Origin: Haliotis cracherodii
Lineage: Eukaryota
Length of the DNA stretch: 46,484 bases
Assembly (NCBI RefSeq): GCF_022045235.1
Contig: NW_027266341.1
Location: forward strand, 38,829,517-38,876,000
Direction of reading: 5' to 3'
The notes beneath the pieces were generated by a model. The model did no database searches. It worked only from the letters and a program-made list of their open reading frames with translations, and had not been told where the DNA came from. The stretch's first letter is position 1; every line of letters begins with the position of its first letter. Made by a program: the position numbers and the translations under genes. Positions 13,443-27,907 of this stretch are shown here, in pieces.

Positions 13443-13949
13443 TGTGATACTGTGATTGAGGATAGGTGGCATCTCCAGTTAGACTGGGTAATTCTGCAAG
13501 GCTAAACCTGGATCATTACCGTGAAACCAGAAGACAATGGTGGCCCGGTGTTTTAGGTCAGAGGTAGTCCCCATAGGTATACCAGGATCACATGGCATGG
13601 GTTCAAATCCCAGATTCCCTCTGTTTATGATGGTTGGTTTTTCAGCACCACAGGTTCAACTGAAGTGGTAATCGTCTAGAATCTGCATCGTCTACATTCC
13701 ATATTAAGCTGATACGCTGCGTTACATTTGAAACGGTGTTAAAAGCGGTGTAAACACAACTAACACAGCCAATGGGCTCGAACCCGTAATGAGTGATTTG
13801 TTAACACTGGACATGATTGTATGAAATTAACGATTCAATATTTTCAAATATTTGTTTAATCATCTCAGGGAGAAAATAGCATGCATAATGTTTTAACTAT
13901 AAAGGATGTTCATGTTGAAATAATTCGAAAACCCCTTGAAAGAGAAAAA

Positions 13950-15160
13950 CTAAATAAAACACAAACAAGCTTACATATCCTTGTTATATATTCTCCATAT
14001 CTCGACGTGCAACCTATTGATAACATACTCAAAACTGAATAGAGTGTTGTTCCATATTTTGTAAAGATCAACTGTCGACGGAGTCCTGGCTCTGATCCCT
14101 GCCTCACCGAGGCACGCAGTCAGAGTTGCTGCTGTGTAGTCCGTCAACCTAACTTTTGGGACACACGTAATCATATTTACACACATCAAAATGTTTGCTT
14201 GTACCTTTATAGAAACCAATTGTTCAAAAGAAGATTGTCTCCAGAGAACACATGTCAATCCAAATATAATCAGCTAAGCTTCGGATGGTGACAACGAAAA
14301 TACTGATATTGAGGAAGAGTTGTCTGAAGATGACTCAGGTGTAGTCTGAAGAGGAATACTGAATAAGAAACATATATAGCCTTGTTCGTGGCTCTATATT
14401 TCCTATACTTTCCGTGAGCATGTTCCCAAACTCAAAACTGAAAAGCGACTTGTACCATGTATTGTAAAGATCAACTCTCGACGGAGATTCGCGGACGTGC
14501 ACCGGCTCGGATCCCTGCCTCACAAAGGCGGTTCATCACTGTCGGATTTTATGGTCTGCGCAGAACACGAGTTGTAATTAGTCTGGCTTCGTATGACGAC
14601 ACCGAAAATACTGATATTGAGAAAGAGTTGTCTGAGCTGAAGAAGGTAAGTGTTTCTTTAATTTTGAGACGCTCCCTTAAGTTTTTGACCTCAGTTCAAG
14701 CACGAGAATCACTTGCTGACATGACAGTTATCATTACCCGAGAGCTTCATTGCCTGTGTGCTATTTTGTTATATTCACTGTACATTTGGCTTCATCACGT
14801 TATCTATATGCTACTTGTTATCTATTACCTGTTGTTGTAAATATTTATCTGCTGCTTATCACAACACGTCATGGTTATATACCTCTCATCACATGGTGAT
14901 CTACATCGAAACGTCTCTATATGCAATCACCAGAAGATGTTATCCATAAAGTTTTTTTATTTTAATTTAATTTTCTTATTTTCATATTGGAAGCTTTTTT
15001 CACAAGTGTTCAAAAAAGTTTAAACAATTAGTTTCTATTTGGCACAGGCAAATAGTTCAATGTGTGTAAATATGATTTTTTAATTTACATGAATTTGAAA
15101 TAATTTGAAGATAATTGTCCCGAAAATTAGGTTGACGGATGAAGTTCTCAAAATTCAAAG
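13950..15160. repeat. Degenerate repeat with internal direct and inverted duplications (probable old DNA transposon)
   Basis: 14030-14110 resembles 14430-14525; 14285-14330 resembles 14590-14640; 14140-14225 is an inverted copy of about 15020-15140. Confidence 0.55.
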
Positions 15161-15817
15161 GAAAACGGCAAGCTTCTCATGTACAGTAAAGAACAGCAAA
15201 TCTTTCTTTATATTACTGTGGTTTGCCCAAAGCTTATTATTTCGTTACTTTATAATACACATGTATTTCAATACATTACTGTGTTGAATCAACATTTTGT
15301 GTCAGAAATTCGTTTCCCTTTCGTGTAAGCATAAAAGGAAAACAGACATGATGTTCTGTAAAGGCTGATATTTTTACATGGTGAAATATATATAGATTTC
15401 TATGTTGAACATTCACTCGATATACAAACGCACTTTCACCAACAATCCTCCTGAAGGATGTGATCTGTGAAATGTACATGTATGTCTGACCTACCTATAT
15501 ATACAGTATCCGTTACAACCCAATACGTGCAACAGTTTACCTGTATATCCAAAGTCCAATGTTTTGATTGCGTTATCAGATATTCATCGTATGCCGTTGA
15601 CACACAGAGACAAAACAAAACGTTTGCTAAAAATAACCATAAACGTTTTTTCTCCATTTCTACGTCGTATATGACGGCTATTCTATAAATAGAAATAAAC
15701 GCCTTTGACCCCAACAGTCGGTGGTAAACTTGGGCAGGACATGCTCCGTCATTTCCCGAACATCTGTTTTGTCCACTGTATGTTTACAATGATTCGTGTC
15801 TTTATACATTTAGATGA

Positions 15818-16169
15818 GGTGAGGTGAAATTGGGTTTAACGTCGCGTCCAAGATTATTGCACTTATATAGCGACGTGCATGTACGTGTATGTGTGTGGGT
15901 GGCTGCTTGTACTAGACCGGACTGATGCCGATTTATAGTGCTAGCACACTGAGATACCAGGCCGCAGTTTAACATTCATACCCCACTCAGACACAGTATA
16001 CTGACTCCGAGCCGACCAGTCCTTGTTTTAGCCCTTTAATGCCGAGCGCCAGACAGGGTAACAACACGTACCATCTTTTAACGTCTTATGGTATGACGCG
16101 GCCGGGGATCGAACCCCGGACCTTCCGCTCTCCGGGCGGACGCTCTACCACTAGACCACGGAGGCGGTC
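15818..16169 (-). mobile_element. Full-length Meta/MESC-type tRNA SINE
   Basis: tRNA head, conserved core, 13-bp TSD tacatttagatga. Confidence 0.92.
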
Positions 16170-18424
16170 TACATTTAGATGACATGGGATGCTTCGTCTG
16201 GGGCGTCCCTAGGGTATCCAGCTTCAACCTGAACATGATCCTAGATTTGTTGAGGGACCATACTCAAAGTGGTAAAGGTCTTCCACCCATGTTCAAATGA
16301 CAATATTCAATATATAACAAAGCCTGCTCTATCATCAGGGTATATGGCAGAGTCCTGTCGCTTTCATTTAAGTATTTACCTTGATAAGTGACTCAATATT
16401 ATTCAGTTATAAACTTTATTCAACAGCTGTCAGTACCAAACACATCATAAAAAACTTGAAGATATATTTAACAATGTAATAAAACAACAATAACACCTGC
16501 TTATGAAATGCAAGGATACTGGACATATGTGTTTGTACAGGAACACCTTTCCCTGAGATATGGTTGTATCAAAGTCTGACATAACAGAAAATATGAAATA
16601 GTCAGCATAACAATAAACACTGAATGGAAGACAATTATCACATTGCCATGAAAGACCCGTATGTGACATATCATAAAAGTGAGGACCTTGACGACAGTTA
16701 CTATCGCCTGCTGTGAACGTGGAACATGCACGATGTCATGAGTGTCATGAGTGTCTTGTGTTCAAGTTTCTTATTGATGGTATTTGGACAAATGGGATCA
16801 ATGTATTTTGTCATATTGGCCTTGGCTCAATTTAGAAAGACATGATTTGATGGAAATGGCATATACATTTCTGAGATGAGTATCGTCCGTTAATTTTAAT
16901 ATGTGACACCTACATAAATAAATGACCATGTTTCTAATGTAAAATGTTTCAAATAACATCAGCATATTCAACATTAGACAAAATTTACAAAGAATGTGTT
17001 GTTAATTCACTTTTTGTGCGAACTCCAATGCCCAATGGAACAAGGAACGCCGCTTGATAAATACCCAAACATTCCAGTAAGATATGTAGTGATACAATGG
17101 GTAAGAATGTACAAACAGTATGACAGTGGGCGTAGAATACAAAACTACGTTTTATCGTGTTATGGAGAAAAACAATTTCAATACCACGCTAAATATCCAC
17201 CAAACTGTTTCACCTGTATCCCCAGGGAGGTCTGACGTTACAGCCACACTGACTATATACAAGTTCGTATGAGAGCAGTACACTGGGATATCTTAAATGG
17301 AAATGCTTGGAACATATTATAAATGCAATGTGGTCATATAAGGTAATAATGAAAATACATTGAGAAAACATGTGAAAGTGTGACTGCTTGAGACTGTGAT
17401 CTGTCAATGTGTATATTATGAACTTTAATCAAAGCCAAATGTAAGAACTAAAATGTGCAAAGAAGGCTGATTTCTTAGATCTGAGGGAGCATTTAGCTAA
17501 TATTTTAGAAAGTCCTTGCCCCAAGGTGATGTACATAGGAGAGTAGGTAAAGACGTGGTGGTTTCCTTTCAAGGTTGAAAAACTTGGCATTTAGTTATCA
17601 GTTTAGTCATACGTTAGTCCTTCATTACATCTTTAGTCCAAGTGTAAAAAGGTAATAAGACCAACTGCCGCTCATATGAACTTATCTAATAAATCTCACC
17701 CCTTACGGGGCTGCTTGAATAATAAGTTATGAAAACATACATATCCTTATCAGCGTTATGCTGCCCACTGTGGCTTGCAATTAACTATTATATAATGAAT
17801 AAGACAAGTAGTATGATAAATATAAACTAATATTTGACAATAAGGCATATGATAATTAATATACAATTTTAGCTAATGTTGTTGGTATACAGGTAAATAA
17901 TAATACCATATTCAGTTAAAGCCTAGAATAGAAGGTTGGACGATAAGAACTATTATTGTATGTGTGATACAAGCTGCATGGTGAGTTGTATAATAACATA
18001 CATACAGATTTAGGTTAGCCGATAGGGCTCACAGTAATACGTTGTATCAGAATGTTTCCCGATACTGTTTACAATGGTAAGTTGAATAATACTTTTCAAT
18101 GCTTGCCAACATATATATTCACCAAGATTTCGAACAATACATATCTGTATATTTTTTAAACATGATATGCGAAGGTTAGCCGATACGGCTTACAGTTATA
18201 TGTTACATAATAACATAGCTTTTTGGATGCCAGTATGGCTCACAAGGGTAAATGTATATTATGAATATCGATCAATTGCAGTCTAGATTGGCGAAAAATC
18301 TGAACCTTGTATATTGAATATTCACTTTGTTGCTAATACAAGCCAATATGGCTTACGTTTTATTCCTAACTGGAATAGGCGTTCATTAAAAATGAACAGA
18401 TTAATTTATCGAAGAATGTTATTC

Positions 18425-19849
18425 CTAAATTAGGCATACTATCCCCGGTGAACAGGGAGCCTTGATGCCAATGGGATGAAGAAGCTTGTACTTCCTGTGA
18501 CGGGACCTCCCTCTTCTGGGAGGTGTCCGATGTCTGGTGCCGTTCTGGACATCGCAACCCCTTGGATGTGTCCGTTGAGTGGCACCATTCTGGGTGGTCA
18601 GGACATCACAACCCCTTGGCGTCAATGTTGTATGACGGCCCTCAGCTGATAAAGGAAATAAAGCAAATAACAAACACACAATAAACACAGGATATGATTC
18701 ATATAGTTAATCATCTGAACATTCTGTTGGAGTACAATGAGAACTGAATGCTTATGATTGACGGGATAAACGAACATAATCCTATGCACATCCATGTCTG
18801 GCTTTCCGATTATGTTTCTAGGTCTGTAAGTACCATACAATTGCTCGGGAGTATCACCAATGGTATACGTCTGAGACCTGTATAACTTCTGGCTTTCCGC
18901 TTACAGCAAGCTGAGACGCCGTAATATGACTTGAATACCAAAGCGGCGTTAAACCCAACTCACTCACTCGCTCACCTTATGCGCAGTAAGTGGGTGACTG
19001 GGGCATATATTACATATGTAGTACATTAGGCTGTCTGGTACTGTTATGTCAAACCAATAGAATCAACGCCGTTTGGTTGCCACATGTCACAATCGTTCTT
19101 GATCACAGCTGAGATTGAGCTGTTGATTTGCATGAACTACCCACCATACAGACGCTATTATGGTCAAAATAGTCTTCAGTTGTGAGTGACTCTGCGTGTG
19201 ATGGAACAACTGAGGTAAAGAGGTCGCGTTCAAGATTATTGCACTCACATGGGGACGTGCATGAACGTGTGTGTTCAGTATACTGACTTACTAATGTGCC
19301 AGGCGGGGTAACAACAAATGCAATCTTGTAAACAGGGATAAAAATATGCTTACATTTTGATACTCATAGCTATTTTGTTGGTGATAAAGGCTCTCGTTGT
19401 CCATACCTACCTATCTTACTGGAGCCGGAAGCAGCTGGCAGCAGGACAGATCTGGTCACGTGACAGCACGGTCGCCGGAAGTTGGCTAATCTCCGACGTT
19501 CAAAGATCCGTGGCGACTTGAGGTGACATTGAGTAACAATCTGGTTGTCGGGTCCTCTCTGTTCGCAGACAAACACTCGGGGCCTGCCGTTACATTCAGG
19601 GGGGACGTACACGACGACCGTGTCTCCTACCAATATGTTCAGGGGGAGTTTGTCACCCAACAAAACGCATACAACATTCTCGTTCCCGAGCTGCACAATC
19701 GATTCATTGTTGTCTGACTGTGCGTACGGTGTGTCACCCAATATTCTATTTAAATCGTTTGCAGCTGACTTGCGAAAGAAAGCAATGATATTTCTCTGGT
19801 GCCCAATTTGTACAACACGCTTGATTTCTATGGTATTCTGGTTATTCAT
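18425..19849 (-). CDS. Paralog A: double RHIM-like protein, 219 aa (coding exons 19849-19411, 18645-18425)
   Basis: MNNQNTIEIKRVVQIGHQRN...SIVQLGNENVV...SSKI|AEGRHTTLTPRGCDV...; phase-1 GT-AG intron; total 660 nt; in-frame stop upstream of the ATG. Confidence 0.75.
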
Positions 19850-20671
19850 TTTCCGACATTTACATTTCAATTCTCTGTTCTTTTCAATGTCTGAATGTGT
19901 GACGTCACGCGTCCCCCCTTCAGTCCTACCTGACCCCGAGTGTGAACCCGTTCCTGATGTGACTGTTACTGTTTTGCCTTACAGAACCTGCACGGGGATT
20001 CATTCCAAAACAGACAATTCACTTCTTTCAATGTATACTAAATCCACGACTATTCACTTCTATCAATGCATACAAAAAACATGACAATTCACTTCTATCA
20101 ATGCATACCAAAACCAAGACAATTTGCTCATAGCGTTTAAAAGGCGAGATAGTGTGTAAACACTAATAACCAGCGTCGTGTGCGTAAAAGTTATAATCCA
20201 ATTATTAATATAATGAGCATCGATCCACGCAATTAGAATCGATGACACGAATCAACCAAGTCAGCGAGCCTGACCAACCGATCCCGTTAGTCGCCTCTTT
20301 ACGGCAAGCATGGGTCTGAAGACCTATTCTACCCCAGATCTTCACGGGTCTGATATGCCTGTGAGTTATTTTTATTTCTAAGTCAGTGAGATCGGTCAAT
20401 ATTAAGGTGTACCCTCAGGGGAATATGTAAAAATACACTTTCATATGTTATGTGGTCGTGGCAACGCCGTGTGTCGGGGAGAATGTGGTACAGACACTTA
20501 TTCAAGCATTCCTACGAGCAATGTATCGGCTGTGAGATGAAACTGGTGGCGAGACACCAGATATAGGCATGGCTTGGTGTTTATCGATGTAGACTGTTCG
20601 AACTATATACTGTCCTGACAGATATGCACGTAACACATATAATGAAGCCAAAGAAACAAAATGGCGCCTAC

Positions 20672-20760
20672 CTGTCCTGGCTGCCTCCAGTGCAGATAGA
20701 AACATCAGCTGCAGACTGGCGAAAACAACGCAATAGCCTGTCACAGCTCTTTTATACTGC
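20672..20760 (-). promoter_or_regulatory. Paralog A TATA box (20750-20756) and non-coding exon 1
   Basis: GCAGTATAAAAGAGCT followed by donor AGCCAGGACAG|GTAGGCG, which is conserved in copies A, B, C and E. Confidence 0.75.
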
Positions 20761-20899
20761 TCCGTTACCCATAACAACAAGCTCGTCGATCAATGAGCTA
20801 TGTGCACAGCACAATGACAACACAGTCCCGCTAGGCTGCACAATTAAGATCTATTAATTGTCTTTGGTGGTAATTTATACAGAAATAAAGATTTTTTTC

Positions 20900-21745
20900 G
20901 AAATAAAAATATGATTATGCACGAGGCTAGTGACGAGACACTGATACTGATGTAACAGTGCACAACACAAGCTAACCACTCGAAAATGACGAACAGTCCT
21001 AATAATAGGATGGAAGACTATTTGACTGACATGTCATGCTAGATCTGAAATAGTGTTGGTGGCATCAGATCATAAGTAACTCCTTCACTTTGATGTGTTA
21101 TCCTTGACAACTTCTGTAACTCACGAATCGCTGCACAGACAGGTCCTTGAAATGAAAAACAAATACAGAATTCGTTACGCCTGACTCTCGTCATACTCTG
21201 ATGTGATTTCTAAATAATATCCCACGTGTTTATGAATAGGAAACTCAAGCAGTGACACAATCAACACAAAGCGTCATCTCTTAAGCTGTTTTATTGTGAC
21301 AAGTGAATGTACAGACAGGAGAGACTAGAAAACAAAGTTGCCATCCTGTGGGCACAATCATACCAATACACGCAGAGCCATCTACAGGATTCATCTTTGA
21401 GGATACTGAAACACTTCCATTGATAAATAATGTGAATGATCACCATCTACTTAGCAACAGAAACACAATGTAATGCACACGCATTGGTTTAACCGATACG
21501 GTTTACAGTTGTATTCCATACAGGAATAGTTCTGGCCACCCCTCTCGACCTACAAGAGCCCACCATCCTCAGACCACCCTCTCCCTCCCGACCAACAAGA
21601 GCCCACCATCCTCAGACCACCCTCTCCCTCCCGACCCACAAGAGCCCACCATCCTTACTGCCTCCCATCTCCCACCCGCTCCCACTCTACCATATCCCAC
21701 CCGCTCTCCTCCCACCCGTTCTCCCCCACCACGCTCTCCTCCCAT
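20900..21745. repeat. Orphan duplicate of the cluster 3' block (poly(A) signal and CT-rich array)
   Basis: Near-identical to about 23010-23830 and similar to 29840-30450. Confidence 0.85.
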
Positions 21746-23639
21746 CAACCAAGTAAGCGAGACTGGCCACCTGATCCCGTTAGTCGCCTCTTACGACAAG
21801 CATAGTCGCCTCTTACCACAAGCATGGGTTGCTGAAGACCTATTCTGCCGCGGATCTTGACGGGTCGGCACATTGGTAAACAAGTGAATGGTTATACCGC
21901 AAGGTGTAGCAGCACTGTTCGTGTTGAACCGATCAGAATGTGTTTGTGAACTTTATTTGTACAGCAACTTGCAACATCCACCCTAATACACCACTGTTAT
22001 GTAGTGAAATATCCCGTGTAGGTCCGAGGACCCGACTAATGAGGATAGAGTATGTGATTATGTGTCATCGACCTCCAGCGGTGTTGACTGTTGGTTATGC
22101 TCGCTTATATTCGACAATGTACAGGTCTTCTTGCTGTACATTGCCCTCGATATACAACAATGGCAATCTATTTATAGCTGGGACTTTCCCTGGTCGATTG
22201 CGCCACACTTTGAAATACACTGGGTTTTGCCCGGTGATCTATTAATAACTACACATCATCTTGTTTGTATTAAGTCAATCCCTCAATTCCCGAATCCCCC
22301 GGGTAGATCTGTCATTTCCTCTCCATCAAACACGTTATTACTCCTAACAAGACTTATTGCTCGAAATGACCCGTGATGATACGGGGCAGAATAGGTCTTC
22401 AGCAACCCATGCTTGCCGTAAATGGCGACTATGCTTGTCGTAAGAGGCAAATTATGTGATCGGGTGGCTAGGCTCGCTGACTTGGTTAATGCATGTTATT
22501 GTATCCCAGTATATACAAGCAGTTACACTGAAATCCTCCCGCTTGAGTGAACACAACACCCTCCCATCCCGACACAACATGCTGTCATTCCGTTATCCCA
22601 GCTGTGTCTGGGTTTCATATTTGCACCAGACTTTGACAAAGAAGGATACCGCTTTATACCTTTGTACAGGACAGCACATGTGGCCCTTTGATATACTGTT
22701 GTGTTACTGATATACTGAGTGGAAGCTAACTGATAGTCACACAAGTTTCTTATAATTTCTAGCGTTTCACTTCCCTGTCATGTATGAACCGTCTTACATG
22801 AGAAAGACTTGTTTCCCTTTGACCATGATATCATGGCGTGTCAGCTTAATGTGGGAGGAAAGCCCGAAATGATGCAGGTCTCAGACGTTTACCACTTCGG
22901 CATCTACGGAATCGAAACCAAACTGCCACATTAACAGCTTGGTTGGTCACTCACTCACTCACTCACTTCGTATGTTAGAGAACAAATTTCAACACATTCA
23001 TATTCTGGAGAAAATATGATGATGCACGAGGATAGTGACGAGACACTGATCCTGATGCAACAATGCACAATATAAGCTGACCTCTCGAAAATGACGAACA
23101 GTCCTAATAACAGGATGGAAGACTATTTGACTGACATGTCATGCTAGATCTGAAATACTGTTGGTGGCATCAGATCATAAGTGACTCCTTCACTTTGATG
23201 TGTTATCCATGACAACTTCTGTAACTCACGAATCACTGCACAGACAGGTCCTTGAAATGGATAACAAATACAGAATTCGTTACGCCTGACTCCCGTCATA
23301 CTCTGATGTGATTTCTAAATAATATCCCACGTGTTTATGAATAGGAAACTCAAGCAGTGACACAATCAACACAAAGCGTCATCTCTTAAGCTGTTTTATT
23401 GTGACAAGTGAATGTACAGACAGGAGAGACTAGAAAACAAAGCTGCCATCCTGTGGGCACAATCATACCAATACACGCAGAGCCATCTACAGGATTCCTC
23501 TTTGAGGATACTGAAACACTTCCATTGATAAATAATGTGAATAATCACCATCTACTTAGCAACAGAAACACAATGTAATGCACAGGCATTGGTTTAACCG
23601 ATACGGTTTACAGTTGTATTCCATACAGGAATAGTTCTA

Positions 23640-24090
23640 CCCACCCCTCCCGACCCACAAGAGCCCACCATCCTCAGACCTCCCTCTCCCTCCCGACCAA
23701 CAAGAGCCCACCATCCTCAGACCTCCCTCTCCCTCCCGACCCACAAGAGCCCACCATCCTCAGACCTCCCACTCCCTCCCGACCCACAAGAGCCCACCAT
23801 CCTCACTGCCTCCCATCTCCCACCCGTTCCCCTCCCACCCGCTTCCCTCCCACCTGCTCTCCTCCCACCCGTTCCCCTCCCACCCCGCTCTTCTCCCACC
23901 CCGCTCTTCTCCCACCCCGTTCTCCCCCAACCCGTTCTCCTCCCACCCGTTCTCCCCCAACCCGCTCTCCTCCCACTCGCTCTCCTCCCACCCGTTCTCC
24001 CCCAACCCGTTCTCCCCTAACCCGCTCTCCCCCCACCCGTTCTCCCCCAACCCGCTCTCCTCCCACCCGTTGCCCTCCCACCCGTTCCTC
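23640..24090. repeat. Pyrimidine/purine-asymmetric satellite (39-mer plus 15-mer units)
   Basis: cccacaagagcccaccatcctcagacctccctctccctcccga units followed by ctcccacccgttctc-type units. Confidence 0.92.
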
Positions 24091-24334
24091 TTAAGATATG
24101 CAATAATATGCACACACATTCATAACGTCGCAAATGATATGTTTTGCTGGTTTTCTAATCAAAGAAATCTCTGCAGGATACACATCAATCGCTCATATGA
24201 AAGCTTTTTTTATTTTGGATATAATATGGCTAACAGGATATTTTCAATTGCGAATTAACATCATAATCAATTCAGCTGAGGGGTAAAGTTTCTTTTGCTT
24301 ATCAGTTTACATGTTTATAGTATACAAGCTAACA

Positions 24335-24404
24335 GTTGAGTTGAGTTGAAATGGGGTTTAACGTCGCGTCCAAGATTATTGCACTTACATAGCAGCATGC
24401 ATGC

Positions 24405-24451
<47 letters not shown>

Positions 24452-24703
24452 TGTGGCTGCTTGTACTAGTCCGGACTGATGCCGATTTATAGTGCTAGCA
24501 CACTGAGATACCATGCCGCATGCCATGAATACCCCACTCAGACACAGTATACAGACTCCGAGCCGACCAGTCCTTGTTTTAGTCCCTTAATGCCGAGCGC
24601 CAGTACCATCTTTTTACGTCTTTTGGTATGACGCGGCTTGGGATCGAACCCCGGACCTTCCGCTCTCCGGGCGGACGCTCTACCACTAGACTACGGAGGC
24701 GGC
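24335..24703 (-). mobile_element. Meta/MESC-type SINE with (TG)n expansion, specific to paralog B
   Basis: Near-TSD tacaagct(a/t)acag; the matching site in paralog C (about 31005) is empty. Confidence 0.9.
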
Positions 24704-25171
24704 CTACAAGCTTACAGACAAGCTAACAGAATAAGATAGAATAATATATATAATAACATTGCAAGATATGAGTGGTCGATGTACAGATGTCATATATGAG
24801 CCAATATGGCTTACAAGGGTACATGGTCTATACTAAATATACATGTACATAAAATACAAGCTGACATTATAATATATATAATAACATTGCAAGTTAAAAA
24901 GGATCAATATACAGAATTCATAGATATATGTCTGACAGTATATTGCAATTGCAAGTTATGGAAGGTCAATATACAGATGTCATAGATATAAGCCAATATG
25001 GCCTACAGGGTATTCCTAACTGGAATGAATGTGTTGTTTTTTTCGAAACTGCCTGAGAATGTTTTCACGCGACATTCACAAATATGTCCCCCTCCTTAAG
25101 CTAATGAAACACACGTGTTGAGACAGCATAAGGAAGAGATACAACCCTCCTAGTCGCGGTGAAGGATCTTC

Positions 25172-26512
25172 TCAGGCACGACGTGTACGTAGCCACTCAT
25201 TTGAACTGAGATGGCCTGGACGAGTGGAGGTCCTGTAGCAAGGTTTCCCTCGTCCCCTTGGGTGAGTCTGGTGAGGAGCACCATGCATGATGGTCAGGAC
25301 ATCGCAATCCTGGGAGGTCAAGGTCGTATCACGGCCCGCAGCTGACAGAAGGAAAGACATGTATACACAATTTGTTTGTAACAAATATTGATAATGAGTG
25401 AGTATGGTTTTACGCCGCCTTTAGCAATATTCCAGCAATATCACGGCGGGGGACACCACAAATGGGCTTCACACATTGTATCCATGTCGGGGATCGAAAC
25501 CGGGTCTTCGGCGTGACAAGAGCGCTTTAACCACTAGGCTACCCGACCGCCCCAAATATTAATAAATTTTACTACATAGGAGGGCATTCTGTTTACTATC
25601 AGTTAAATATATTAAGCGTTGACTATATATTTAATATTCTTCTTTTAAAGTGTGTGAGTAGGAGTGTAGGCAGAAGCTGTTTGAGGGCGACTTTGTAGTA
25701 TCCTCAGCAAATCAGTGGTTGATCATCTGAACATCAATCGCCAGCTATAGGTCCCCATCACATGGAATTAATCAGTTCACGTGAGTACTATTTATATTCT
25801 ACTTCTAATTTGGACACCCAATCCTCATTTGTAAGGCGTCACCTTCTACCACAGCAGGTTCTTTAATTAAGTGAGTGCTTAACACCGCTTTGGTCAGTGC
25901 TTTAGTTAAATCTGGGCGTTTACCTTCACGTGGGAGGAATACAGTAACTACAGAAGGTCCTAAACGTTGACGACGTCGGTGAAACCCACAGCACGGGAAC
26001 GGTATTAACAAAGTCAACTGGAGATTGGATCCAGAACTTCAGATGACTAAGTTGCCTCAACCTTTGTCCTTACCTGTCTTACTGGAGCCGGAAGCAGCTG
26101 GCAGCAGGACAGATCTGGTCACGTGACAGCACGGTCGCCGGAAGTTGGCAAATCTCCGACGTTCAAAGATCCGTGGCGACTTGAGGTGACATTGAGTAAC
26201 AATCTGGTTGTCGGGTCCTCTCTGTTCGCAGACAAACACTCGGGGCCTGCCGTTACATTCAGGGGGGACGTACACGACGACCGTGTCTCCTACCAATATG
26301 TTCAGGGGGAGTTTGTCACCCAACAAAACGCATACAACATTCTCGTTCCCGAGCTGCACAATCGATTCATTGTTGTCTGACTGTGCGTACGGTGTGTCAC
26401 CCAATATTCTATTTAAATCGTTTGCAGCTGACTTGCGAAAGAAAGCAATGATATTTCTCTGGTGCCCAATTTGTACAACACGCTTGATTTCTATGGTATT
26501 CTGGTTATTCAT
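25172..26512 (-). CDS. Paralog B: double RHIM-like protein, 202 aa (coding exons 26512-26074, 25341-25172)
   Basis: Exon 2 nearly identical to A; donor AAGACAG|GTAAGG; exon 3 is C-like but diverges or frameshifts after GKPC. Confidence 0.72.
25395..25553 (-). mobile_element. tRNA-derived short SINE in intron 2 of B
   Basis: A/B boxes, (ACTC)n tail, TSD aaatatt(g/a)ataa; same insertion at 31693 in C. Confidence 0.9.
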
Positions 26513-27381
26513 TTTCCGACATTTACATTTCAATTCTCTGTTCTTTTCAATGTCTGAATGTGTGACGTCACGCGTCCCCCCTTCAGTCCTACCTGACCCC
26601 GAGTGTGAACCCGTTCCTGATGTGACTGTTACTGTTTTGCCTTACAGAACCTACACGGGGAGAGACAAAACATGGTTAGTATTACATACTAGTCTTTGTA
26701 AAGGTGTCAAGGCAATTCACTGCTATCAATGCATTCCAAAACCATGACTATTCACTTCTATCAATGCATACAAAATCTATGACTATTCAATTCTATCACT
26801 GCATATCAAAACCAAGACAATTTGCTCATAGCGTTAAAAAGGCGAGATGGTGTGTAAACACTAATAACCAGCGTCGTGTGTGTAAAAGTTATAATCCAAT
26901 GATTAATACAATGAGACATTAGAATCGATGACATGCATCAACCAAGTCAGCGAGCCTGACCAACCGATCCCGTTAGTCGCCTCTTACGACAAACATAGTT
27001 GCCTTTTACGGCAAGCATGACTTGCTGAGGACCTATTCTACCCCAGATCTTCACGGGTCTGATGTGCCTGTGAGTTATTTTTATTTCTAGGTCAGTGAGA
27101 TCGGTCAATATTATGGTGTAGTTTCAAGGGAATATGGAAAAATACACTTTCACATGTTATGTGGTCGTGGCAACGCCGTGTGTCGTGGAGAATGTGGTAC
27201 AGACACTTATTCAAGCATTCCTACGAGCAATGTATCGGCTGTGAGATGAAACTGGTGGCGAGACACCAGATATAGGCATGGTTTGGTGTTTATCGATGTA
27301 GACTGCTCATACTATATACTGTCCTGACAGATATGCACGTAACACATATAATGAAAGGCAAAGAAACAAAATGGCGCCTAC

Positions 27382-27470
27382 CTGTCCTGGCTACCTCCAG
27401 CGCTGGTTGAAACATCAGCTGCAGACTAGCGAAAACAACGCAATAGCCTGTCACAGCTCTTTTATACTGC
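27382..27470 (-). promoter_or_regulatory. Paralog B TATA box (27460-27466) and non-coding exon 1
   Basis: Same TATA and donor motif as A. Confidence 0.75.
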
Positions 27471-27618
27471 TCCGTTACCCATAACAACAAGCTCGTCGAC
27501 CAGTGAGCTGTGTGCATATCTGAACAGGGATCCATGTCCTGGTTTCCCAGCACAATGACAATACAGTCACGCCAGGCTGCATAGGTGTAACTGTCATGTC
27601 CTGTTTATGTGTTAGAGA

Positions 27619-27787
27619 GGGGCGGTCGGGTTGCCTGGTGGTTAAAGCGTTCACTCTTCACGCCGAAGACCCGGGTTCGATTCCCGACATTGGTACACTG
27701 TGTGAAGCCCATTTCTGGTGTCCCAAGTCGTGATATTCCTGGAATATGCTAAAATCAGCATAAAACCATACTCACTCACTCACTCAC
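27619..27787 (+). mobile_element. tRNA-derived short SINE
   Basis: GGGGCGGTCGGG head, GGTTCGATTCC B box, (CACT)n tail. Confidence 0.88.
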
Positions 27788-27907
27788 TTCGTATGCTAGA
27801 GAACAAACACATTCATATTCTGGATAAAATATGATGATGCACGAGGCTAGTGACGAGACACTGATCCTGATGCAACAATGCACTATATAAGCTGACCACT
27901 CGAAAAT

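Noticed and set aside
19545-20084. 179-aa plus-strand ORFs (also 26208-26747)
   Set aside because: Antisense shadows of exon 2; all promoter and splice signals are on the minus strand.
23717-24119. GGERV / GENGW repeat ORFs (also 30263-30574)
   Set aside because: By-products of a stop-free 15-mer satellite open in several frames.
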